From the NCBI GenBank assembly GCA_010093605.1, contig MU004190.1, positions 310,001 through 374,000 on the forward strand: 64,000 nucleotides of DNA. Direction: 5' to 3'. Below are positions 52,224 to 64,000 of the stretch, one piece after another. The notes under the pieces were generated by a model. That model saw only the letters and a list, made by a program, of their open reading frames with translations. It was not told the DNA's origin and did not search any database. Every line of letters begins with the position of its first letter. The stretch's first letter is position 1. A program made the translations under genes and the position numbers. This DNA comes from Lophium mytilinum (Eukaryota).

Positions 52224-55200
52224 TTAGGTTATATCTAATACTCTAACTAGTACTAATTCTTTTTTACTATTACTACTTTAACTCTTAAACCTTAATTCTT
52301 ATTTACTAAGCTATCTAATAGCTTAGTAAGTATACCTATATAACTATATATATAATACTAAAGGGCACGCAGCTATACTATCTTACCTTACTAAGCGCTA
52401 TTACTATATTCTCTATAATAAGCAATCCACCGCCTCTATTAGGTGCTAGAGCCCCTACTAATAACTTAGAACCTAGATATTTTAAGTATAGTAGCTTATA
52501 ACTAGCTTTCTACTTTCTACTACTATTCTATATATACTTCCGCGTACCCTTTAAGTCTTCTTATAAGACTCTAAAGAGCGCGCCCCTCTAATAAATAGCT
52601 AAAGAAAACTTCTAGAATAAAGGAGATATCTAGTAGTCTATCTAAATAGTACACGTAGACACTTAGTTAACTTAAGAGAAAGAGAATTAGCCTACCTAAG
52701 ATAAAAACGCTACTAAAGATAATAATGTTAATAATTCTATATATACTCTAGATCTAATAATCTACGGCTCTATTACTAAGTACTATACTTCTAGCCGGGG
52801 CCGTAACTGGGGCACGTTTCTTAACGCTATTAATAATATTACTAAATTTCTAGATTATTTACTTCTACCTAGTAATAACTAGTTTAATAGTTTAATTAAG
52901 ATTATAGACTCTTAGAACTTTCTTATATAAGTCTAAGCTAACCCTATCTACTTCTTCTATATTCTTAGGAGCTATTAAGCTATAACTAAGATTCTCTAGT
53001 AGATACGTAAGAATAACTAGAAAGCGCAGCGTAAGCTCTAAGATAAAATTAGAGTCCTTAAAGATAAATATAATAAAAAGAATAATAAATTAGAAGCCGC
53101 GTATAAGAAACTTAAACGCCTACTTAATATTAAAACTAAACTAGAAGAATATAAAAATAAACTCCGTACTTATAAGAAGATAGTAGCTTTACTAAATAAA
53201 ACTATTACTTCTCTTAACGCAGATATTAAGGCCTAGTAGAAGAACTATATTTAAGCTAATAAGTAATTCTTAGAGTAAGAAAAGATTATTAAACGCCTTA
53301 TAGTAAACCTTACTTAAGCGGCTAAGAATAAGTATAAATATAATACTTGCCTTACTACTCTAGAGAATAAAATTAAAATACTATAAATACTCTAGCGCAC
53401 TACTATACCGGCGCCTACGGCAGCCTTTTCTATAACTACACCCCCTATAGTGCCCTATCTACCCCACCCTATTATACCTCCCGTTAACTCTATTATAGTA
53501 GCAGCTAAAGATCTACTCGCCTCCCTTAATAGAGTAATCTATTTAGGAGAAGTATAAGCTAATAATAGCCTCTTAGTAGGCTATAATACTAATTAACCTT
53601 ACTGCACTATAGAGCACGTAAATAATAATTAAGCTTACTATATCTTAGACTACGTACGCGGTTACTATAACCCTAGTCCGCCCTTATTTAATAACGGAAG
53701 CCCCCCTTATTACCGCAACTATATATATAGCCTATCTTATTATTATAATTACTCTTATAAGTATTACTCTTATTAACGCTTCTACTTATACTTCTACTTA
53801 TACTTACGCTTATATTTATAAAACGCGAGCCATTCCTATTACTATTACTAAGATTTCTATATTAAGACGTCTAAAGATTATTAAAACCTTAGCGTTACTT
53901 TAAACGGAGTCCCTTATATAGAAGATAAGTTCTAGCCCTACTTAGATAAGTTTAGAGGTAATAAGAATAAGTACCCTAAGTTCTATTATAGATTTCTAAA
54001 TAAAGTTAACTATAGTAGCTATACTATAAGATCTAGTAAACCCTTATGCCTTACCTATTTTAGTAAGCGACTTACGGGCATACCCCTTAAAGGCTTCCGC
54101 GCCTAGTAAGATAGCTACTAGCTCTTTCTTACTATCTAGAAAGCTATTACATTCTTAGACTTCTAATATAATAACTCTAATAAGATTAGAACTACTAAGA
54201 ATAAGCTTTATAAGCTTATCTAGACTAATAGTATAATATCTAATTATATATAAAAGCTAATAAAGTTATATATAATCTACCTTCTAGACTAAAGAGGCTA
54301 TAATAATATCTATAACCTTAAGTAGAAACTCCGCCTAGATATTATTACTAGCGCTATTTTAGGTAAAGGCTTTACTACGGGCCTATAGTATATTAACGCT
54401 GCACGTAAATAGCTCTGCAATAATAGTATTAATAAGAACGCGCAGCCTACTAACTATAGCTTTAGAAACTTTAACTATAACTAATTCTAAGGCTTTAATT
54501 ATAATAACCGCAACCGGAATAACTATAATTATCGCGATAGTAATCGCCGTAACTATAATTACTGCAACTATACCTATACTCTACGCCCCTTAACTGTAGC
54601 TACTATCTCTATAGCCTAAGAAGATATTAAGATTACCCCTTCCTCTAACTAGGTTCCACCTAATAAGCTCTATAAAGGCAATAGAGAAGCGCTTATAAAG
54701 AATAGTAAGTGCTTCTACTACTATCTCTCTAAGTACTTTACCTAAAACCTATATTACTCTATAAATTAACTTAATAAACTAGGCTTTAGTACTTATTAGA
54801 TAGATTCCGCACTCTATCTTAATAATTATACTGCCCGCGTTAAAGAACTCTTAGATAATAATAACAGTTTTAATAATTATAAAACCCTTAATAATAAGCG
54901 CGGCTCTAGCTACTCTAAAGGTAAAGGTTCTAAGGGAGGTTCTTAGGAAAAAGTAAGGTTATAGACTATAGTTGCGGTCTATAATATAATAAGACCTTAG
55001 TTATAGAGAATCTTTAGTATAGAAGGCTTATTATTTTAGTAGCCTCTCTTAGTAAAGCTTAATAGAAACTATTTTAAAATAAAGATAGAGGATTTAATGT
55101 TAAGCGGGTAAATAATATAGTTCTTTTAGCAATAGTATAAACCTATAAGAAAGAATAACCTATAGAAATAATAAAAATTAATTCTTATCTTAATTATAGA

Positions 55201-57563
55201 GCTACTAATTTATTTACTAGTACTAAGTTTGCGCACCTAGTAAATCTACCTCTAAAACCCCTTAAAAAAGCCTAAGTTCTTAAACTAGCTAATAGATTAG
55301 CTGTTGCCTAGAAAGTAATATATAAAGCCCTTCTTAGTATAGATATAAACGGCCACTAGAGCCGTTACTAGGCCTATATTACTAACCTAGGAGACTATAA
55401 TATTATTATAGGCCTTAACTAGCTCTAAGAATATAATCTAGCTATTAACTAGAAAGCAGGACGCTTAGACTTTATATAATCTTACTATAAGCCCTACTAG
55501 AATTATATATACTATTTTAACTGTAATTCTATTACTATATAGGCTAATAGTATGCACCCTAAAAATATACTAAATAAATACGCTAACTATAATACTACTA
55601 ATTAGAGACCTATTAGTATAGACGCCTGCATACGCATAGCGTCTATCTCTAAGTAAAAAGGATAGAAACTTAAATAAATTCTACAACACGTTCTTAAAGT
55701 ATTAGAAAATAAAAATAAAGACTTTATTATTGCCTATAATAGACTCTAGGTTGTTGCCTTTTATATGGGTAATAACGTTCCGCTTAAAGTGCGTAAAATA
55801 TTAGCTAAAGACATTAATAAGTTTATATATACTAAAAAGTACCTCTTCTATAAAGAAATAATTAAGCAACTACTAAAGCGACTATGTTGCTATATTTATG
55901 TCTTTAACCAAGTTAAAGTAAATACGCTTCCCCCTTATCGCCCCGGAATTAACTATAAAATTAACCTTATTAAAGAAGCCGGCAAGCTATCTAAAGCCTA
56001 GCTATACGCTATATTAAAGGAAGAACTTAAAGTTATTAAGAAATAGATTAATAATAACCTTAATAAAGGATTTATCCGTAAGTCCTAATTCTCTATATTC
56101 TCCCCTGTGCTTCTTATCTAGAAGCCTAGAGAGGGTATTTATTTCTGCATTAACTATAGGGCTATTAATGCTATAATAGTTAAAATAAGATACCTACTAC
56201 TACTTATCTAAGAAACACTCTAAAAGCTTAGTAACGCTAAATAGTATTCTAAACTAGATATTATTTCTGCGTTTAATTAAATCTAAATATAGAAAGAAGA
56301 TATAGGTCTTATAGCCTTCTCTATATAATAGGGATAGTATAAATCTATTATTATGCCCTTTAGCGTTACGGGAGGCCCTAGATAATTCTAATCCTTTATT
56401 AATTATATATTGCATAACTACCTAAATAATTTCTATTTAGCCTATATAGATAATGTTCTAGTCTATATAAATAGTACTAAAGAGGAATATAAAGAGTACG
56501 TTATAAAGGTACTAGAAAGGCTTAATAAAGCTAGCCTTAATTGCAACTTTACTAAATGCAAATTTAATAAAATAGAAATTAAGTACTTAGGTCTTATTAT
56601 TATAATAGGCGGCGTCCGCATAGACTCTAAGAAAGTCGCCGCTATTATTAACTAGAAGATACTAACGTGCCTACGCAACGTATAAGCTTTCTTAGAATTT
56701 ACTAACTTCTATTAATACTTTATACACGCGTTCTCTTAGATTATTAGCCTACTTACATCTATAATAAAGACTATAGACGGTAAAAAGACTAAACTTAAAG
56801 TATAGTTTACCTAGAACGCGGAATATAATAAAGCTTTCTAAGTACTTAAAATAGTGTTTACTACTATACCTATTCTATACTACTTCTAATATAGTAAGAA
56901 GGTCTATATTAAAATAGACGCTTCTAACTACGTTATTACTAGCGTTATATTACAGGTAGAAGAGAATAGTTTACTCTACCCCGTCGCCTTCTTCTTATCT
57001 AAAATAAGCCCCTAGGAATATAACTATAAAATCTATAATAAGAAACTACTTACTATAGTTAAAGCCTTTAAAGAATAGTATTCTAAACTAGTAAGCGCTA
57101 ATCTAGATAAGCCTATAGACGTACTTATAGATTACTATAATCTTAAGTATTTTATATTAACTAAACACCTAAATTATTACTAAGCCCGCTAGGCTAGGTT
57201 TCTTGCTAGATTTAACTTTAAGATTATCTATTAACCTAGTATTTTTAGAGGAAAACTAGATAGCCTTATAAGAAGATTATAAGACCTTTCTACTAATCTA
57301 GATAACCCCTGTAATTAATTTTAATACTAGATAGTCCTTAAATCTTATAACTTAGGCCTAGGTATTACACTAACATATTTACTAAATATTAACTTAAGCT
57401 TATCTAATAACGGCCTAGGCCGTATACTAAATCTAATTAGGCTAGTGCCTTGCTATAAAGAGTTAGACCTATTACTAACTATAGAGTTGCCACTATTAAA
57501 GATATACTCTTAATTTCTTCTTACACCTGTAATACTGCGCAGCCACGCGCGCAATAATAATAT

Positions 57564-57605
57564 TAACCCTAACCCTAACTCTAACCCTAACCCTAACTCT
57601 AACCC
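57564..57605 (+). repeat. (TAACCC/TAACTC)x7 telomere-like hexamer run inside pol of C
   Basis: TAACCC TAACCC TAACTC TAACCC TAACCC TAACTC TAACCC, in frame with pol. Confidence 0.85.
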
Positions 57606-59781
57606 TTACCTTAAACTCTATTCTTCTCTTATAATTAAACTACCCTCTATAATTAATAATAATCTCTATATAGAGCCCGATCTAGTCTATTAGCGTATAC
57701 TTACTAAGCTATTTAATAAAGGCTATCTTAGCCCGCTATAGAACTTACTAGAGCCTCTATTTAATTCTATACTTTATAAACTTATTACCCTTATATATAA
57801 TAGTAAGCGCGCACTCCCTTAATCTCTATATAATATTATTAGCAATCTTAATATCTTAGAATTTAAAGTCTACTGTAATTAATTATACTACTACGGCTAA
57901 TTATATATACCTGCGTATAATAACTTATATCTTAAGCTTTTATAGCTTGCCTATAATACTACTATTAGCGGATACCTAGAAAAGCACGGTATATATAAAC
58001 TTATCTAACATTACTACTTCTAGCTAGGTATACGCAATTTAGTTAAGAACTATACTAGCGCCTGCTATAGCTATAAATAGTTAAAAGCCTTCTATAATAA
58101 GAAATAAGGTCTTCTATATTTACTTAATATACTAGAATAGCGCTAGACTAATATTGCTATAGATTTTATTATAGAACTCCCTTTCTATAAGTATAATAGC
58201 TAAGTCTATACTAAGATTCTTATTATTATCTACTATATAAGTAAAGAACGTTACTATATTTCTATAAGCGGCACCTCTATTAATAACGTTATTAACGCCT
58301 TCCTCTATAAGATCTACTGCCTCTACGGCCTTCCCTATATTATTATTAGCGATTGCAATCTATAATTTATTTTAGATATTTAGAAACGTATTTATAAGTA
58401 TATTAGTATCTATTAAAATATCTCTATAGCAGCCTACCCTAAAACTAATAGATAAATAGAAAACGCAAACACTATTATAAAGGCCTACCTTAGGCAATTT
58501 ATTAATTACTGCTAGAATAACTAGGTTAACTACTTACCTATTAGTAAGTTCTTAGTAAATAACTAAGTTAATACTTCTACTATAATAACGCCGTTCTTTA
58601 TTAATAAAGGTTTTTACCTGCGCTCCGGGCTTAAGCCTCTACTAGGCGCAATAAATAATATTACACTAGACCCTCTATCTACGCCCGCTCTTAGCACTAA
58701 TACTACTATCTATCGCCGTTAGCTTAAGGGTAATAAGTATATTAACTAGATAAAGGATATTCTAAATAAATGTAAGGCTATAATAATATAGGTATAAACT
58801 AAATAGGTAGACTATATAAACTAATATTATAACCCTCTGCTAAAGCTCTAAGTTAATAACTAGGTATAGCTTAACGCCCGTAACGTAAAGATAACCCGCC
58901 TAAATAAGTTACTTAATTATAAGAATCTTAGTTCTTTCCATATTATAAAGGTTATTAATAAGGGCTATACCTTCTAACTTAACTTTATAAATATAAGCCT
59001 TAAAGGCTTTTAAACGCACCCCGTCTTCTATCTATACCTGCTCTACCTAGATAGGTTCTGTCTACTACTAGGCTAACGCTAGCCACTACTACCTTCTATC
59101 TAGGTAATTAATTCTATTACCTCTAAATTAGTTAAATAATACGCAATTACGCGCATTATTAATAGCTGCTGGTAAAGTTGCGGGCTAAAAGAATACTACT
59201 ACCTTAAATATAAAGAACTCTATAAAGAATACTCCGCTCTATAGAAATAGTAACTATAGAAATAGTTTATACCTAAAGCCGCGGATCTAATTAGTAAATT
59301 CTATAACCTTAACCCGGACGCTAACAGTCCTTATCTAGACTTTAAACTAAATAATAATTAGCGCGCGCGCCTTACTAATAATAATAACCTTAATAATAAT
59401 AATCTTACCGCTAACTATTTATAATTATAATCGCTCTATACTAAGCTACGTTCTTATCTTTATATAATTACTTCGCCGCACCTCTATACTATAATTAATA
59501 GCCTTATATAGTTTATTATAACTTTATGTATAATAACTATAATAAGATTAGAATCCTTAGCCGCATAAAGTGGGCTAAGCTATTATAATAGGAAAGCCCT
59601 TATAAGTAATACCTTAAGTACGCTAGCTTCTTATATATTAGTATATAACTAATAATTAACTAAACTACGCTATATAATTTACTATACTAGATAACTACGC
59701 CCTTATATTTAAACCTAACACGGCCTATAATACTATTTTCTTTTCCTTTTTCTTTTCTAGTATTCTTAAACGGGGGGGTAG

Positions 59782-60024
59782 TATAATAGATTACGCCCTA
59801 TCCTCTAGTTATATATTTATCTATTACCGGCCTTCTACCTCTATATCTATTATATTACCTCGCGCCGCCTATACGCTAGCCCGCCTAGCGCCTATGCGCC
59901 TCTCTTCTCTATATATATAGTTTCTACCTAGAAGCCTCTCTTTCTACTTTTTATATAACCTCTTAAAATTAATCTACCTAGTTACCTTATACTACCTAAG
60001 CTTCTCTATACTATAACTATAATA
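59782..60024 (+). repeat. 3' LTR of Gypsy C
   Basis: Direct repeat of 51981-52223, preceded by a PPT. Confidence 0.93.
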
Positions 60025-63000
60025 GCTATACTTTTAACTACGCTAAAGCCCTATAGTTTAGTAACTCTATATCTAGTAGATAATCTACTACTAGACGCCT
60101 ATTTAGTAACGCTAATAGTATTTCTATTAACCCCCGCCGTATTAGTATTATATTATAATAGAAAGGCGCTTTAAACCTATAATACCTTCTTATAGAAGAT
60201 AATAATAATAATATAATATAGATTAATTATAGTTCTTAGCCTTCTCTTATTTAGCTAGTAAATCTACCCTTCTAAATAACTTAGTTATAGTTCTAAATAC
60301 TAGCTGCTACCTTATAGCTAGCTCTATCTATTAGGCTAATTTCTCCTGTAATACCCGCTAAGCTCTAATATTATTAAAATAAGTTTAGTACCTTAGAAAA
60401 ACCCCTACTAGCTACTCTAGCTCCTCTAGTAGAGGTTATAGTAGAGGATACTATACTTCTACTCTTCCGCATTAGTAGCTATATACTAGGCGACTTTAAT
60501 TTACCTATTCTTAATAATATAACTACCGGCCTTAATAATATAACCGCCGCCTATAATAAGAACTCCTCCTCTAACTTTAATTTAGCTAATAAATACAACC
60601 GTTAGAAGAAAGAATATTAGTTTAGTAATAACGCGGATAATAAAGTTAATAAGCTTAAGACAGCCTATTAAGGCGTTACTATTAATACTTCTAACGCTAT
60701 AGTATACTATAACACTATTTCTAAGCTATATTAGTCCCGCAACCCTAAATATCTAAGAATACTATCTATTTATAGTATTTCCTTACCTAATATATCTCTA
60801 TTATAATACTAATCTACCCGCGTTAAATCTATTACTAGACTTAATACTTCTAACCTAGCCTAGTAAGTAGTAGGTATAGAATAGAGTAATAGATACTATA
60901 CTATAATTTACGCGGAGAACTATTAGTAGTTATATCTTATAATTATGCAGCGCGCTAATAGCTCTATCTTTAAAATACGCTATAGAGACGGCGCCTACTA
61001 GTAATATAAACTATAAGGCCTATAGAACCTTATTAAAGATATCTAACTTATACTAGAATAGTAGTAGAACTATATTATAATAGCTTACTAAGATAGTAAT
61101 AACTATAAGTATAGAATAAATATTACTACCTAAGAATAGAATACTACTAACGCTAATATTAAGAAGCTAAATAAAAAGTATTTACTTACTAATAGTAAAC
61201 TTACTAAGCTCTAGACGCAGGTCTACACCCTTAACTATAAACTTAAGTCTAAGTAAATAGAGTTAGCCTGCATACAACACCTATATAATAAAAAGTATGC
61301 TAACTTCTAGGCCTAAACTCTTTAGCTTAATAATCTAGAAGCTAAATACTAACAGGCCTTAACGCGGATTACCTAGCTTAAAGCTTAAGTCTAATAGAAT
61401 ATATTAGTAGAACAACCTAATAATCTATACACGGATAAATACTCTAATTATAATTCTACTAATAATACTTCTCCTCTACTACTAGTAGGACTATATACTC
61501 TTAACCTAGATAACTTTTAACGTAACTATATTCTAGGTTAATACTTTACTATAGCTAGAGGAGAAGAGGGTAACCTAGATCTAAGTTAACTAGGCGGTTT
61601 TACTTAGCTATAGGTCTATAGGCCCGCCTATTCTTAATTTAGATAAGGCTCTTAACCTAAGTATACCTATTTATAAGATTTTAAATTAGAAGCTATAGTA
61701 TATACGGCCTAGAAGAACTACCTAATCTACTTAATCTAAGTAGACTAGTAGACTTACCCTACTACTATAACTTAAATTTAACTTACTATTAGTTATTATA
61801 AGGAACGCGCATATAAAGTTATTAAGAACTATAGTCTTCTTATATCTACTAATCTATATTATTTACTTAAGAAACTTATATAGAACCTAGACGCTATATT
61901 CTAAGAAAGTAACGCCGTCTATTATAATTGCCTTCTTAACTAACTTAATAGTAAGGGTATAAAATAGAGATATAATAAAAAGACATCTAACTTTCTACAA
62001 CATTTTAATATTATTCTTAACGGGCTTAAGTATAGTAAAATTAATAATAGCCTTATAACTTAATACTATTACCTTAAAGAAATACTATATATAGACCTTA
62101 CTAAATATATTAACTTTAGTTTATTAACCTAGTACTAGGTAAAAGATAATATTCTATATAAGGACCGTTATTATATTTAATATAAAAAACGGGCTAATAA
62201 AGAGCTCCTTACTATATAGATCTTAGCACGCCGCTTAAATAATGTACACGCGTAGAATAGCTATTATAACTCTAACTGCGCCCGGCGGAAAGTATCTACT
62301 ACTAAGACTAATAACTATATTATAGTTAAGAAGACTACTACTATCCCGCTGCTAAGCGTTCTACTACACGTCCGCCTGCGTCTTAGTAAGAAAGAACGCT
62401 GCTTTAGCTACTTTAAGAAGAACTACCGCGCCGGTAACTTTAAATATACTATAGCTAGAAAGACTATATTAAAGGCTTAGCGTAATAAGCGCCTTACTAC
62501 TGCTAGCATTAATAGTATAGAACTTAATGCTTTTAATTATAGTAGTAATTAGGAGTATTAATATAAGTATAAATGCGAGAATAACTAAGGCTAAGATAAT
62601 AATAATAATAAGGCTATCTATTCTAACGGCTTAGAAAATGCTTAATCTCTAATAAAAGTTATTATTAGAGATAGTTAGAAGATATACTAGCTTAAGCTCT
62701 TACACGTATCTAAGAGCTTAAGCTACCCCCTCTAAAACCCCCTAATATTAAACTTTTAGCTTGCGCTATTAGACTTGCCCTATTATTAAGTAAATAGATA
62801 GACTTTAACTATAGAATTAAGACTTTAACTAGAATAGTTAAATCTATAGTTCTTATAGACTCTAGATATAGCGGATTTATATTTATTTCTATAATCTTTA
62901 TAAAATACTATAACCTTAACGTCTATAAGGCTACTCCGCGTAATATTAAACTGCTAAATAGTTCCACCTTAGTTATTAATAAAGTAGCTAAAGTTACTAT

Positions 63001-64000
63001 GCAGATTAAAGGACACTATAATAAATTCTAGGCCCTTATCTATAATCTTAAAGGCTATAATATTATTTTTAGTATAGGCTAGCTTATAATGTATAATGCC
63101 TATATAAAATTTAGTACCTAGATAATATAACTAGACTTAGATTACTGCTATTTTTAGTGCCTAGTTAATTATAAACTAGTCTATATCTAGTCTAAAGACC
63201 CTATTACCTGCACTAGTAAACGCCTATTCTAGTAGAAGCTTAATACCTAACTTACTACTTTTAAAGCACTTAATATTAATATAGTATCTAGTAATAAATA
63301 TTTATATAATGCCTAGTAATTACTAGAGAAAGATACTATCTATATATAGCCTAAACACTTTAAGTTAGCGCTTACTAATAAGAAAGCTAAAGCATAGGCG
63401 CGCGCTAAAGGGCGCCCGTATAAATTAGGTAATGTTGTCTTAGGTCTAGCTAATTTTACTAATAACCTAGCGGCTATTAGCCTCTATATAATATTAAAAG
63501 ACAACTAATATAAATTTTTTAAGAAGATGGAGCGCAAACTAATAACCCGCAATAAATTTAAAGCATTAGTACCTATAGAATATTATAGCTTCCTTAATAT
63601 ATAGAATCTAAAGAAAGCTAATAAGCTACTACTGCGCCGTAAAGCTAAAGATGGCATAGATATTAATTACTATATTAATATTAAACCTAGTAGTAAAGCT
63701 CTAGCTTAAAAGGTATATAGCCTTTTATGCGATAAGATATTAGTTATTAAAATCTTTATTAATAAAATGTATAGAAAAGGCTATATTAGAAAAAGTAATA
63801 GCTAATACGCTATACCTATTATTATTATCTATAAACTAGAAGAAGGCCTCCGCATTTATATAGACTATTAAGGTCTTAATACTATTATAATTAAAGCTTA
63901 TAACATTCCGCCGGCTATAAAAGACACCCTCGCGCTATTAAAATACGCTAGATATTATATAAAGTTTAATATTATAGCCGCTTTTAACGCTATTAAAATG

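Larger units (their letters stand above)
51981..60024 (+). mobile_element. Complete Gypsy element C, RIP-mutated
   Basis: 243-bp LTRs 51981-52223 and 59782-60024; TSD ACTAT/GCTAT (one G>A); PPT GGGGGGGTAG 59772-59781; RT AYIDNVLVY ~56440, RNase H IDASNY ~56915, integrase IAIDFIIEL ~58155. Confidence 0.93.
51679..64000 (+). mobile_element. Gypsy element D, interrupted by C, running off the window end
   Basis: Putative LTR 51679-51902 (TATAAAA...CCTTATA, compatible with RIP of TGTAAGG...CCTTACA); gag resumes after 60029; Zn-knuckle relic RCFSYFKKNY ~62400, protease LIDSRYSG ~62855, RT start 63600-64000. LTR limits inferred from one copy. Confidence 0.72.

Noticed and set aside
55765..56655. 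ORF-track proteins in AT blocks (also 13694, 32704, 45189)
   Set aside because: Stop-free fragments of RIP-degraded transposon genes, not host genes.
57564..57605. True telomere or chromosome end
   Set aside because: Only 7 imperfect units, internal to an otherwise colinear pol.

Overview
Filamentous-ascomycete genomic DNA in which short GC-balanced gene islands alternate with TpA-rich blocks of transposons degraded by repeat-induced point mutation (RIP). Host genes: a 7-exon HSE1/STAM (ESCRT-0), a GIT1-like MFS transporter, a PTH11-like membrane protein, and three intronless paralogs of an uncharacterised family with an F-box-like N-terminus (one broken by a TGG>TAG stop). Mobile DNA: (1) a ~19-kb DNA transposon (7582-26545; 71-bp TIRs, 2-bp TG target duplication) with a CACTA/CMC-like DDE transposase relic, further dead ORFs and a 39-bp array, interrupted inside its transposase by a complete Ty3/Gypsy element; (2) a complete Mutator-like element with a 9-bp TSD (30711-34080); (3) from ~39425 to the window end, a five-layer nest of a second Mutator-like element and four Gypsy elements. 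Three Gypsy elements show Tf1-type self-priming complementarity. Protein calls inside RIP blocks come from manual translation and mental de-RIPing, not database searches.
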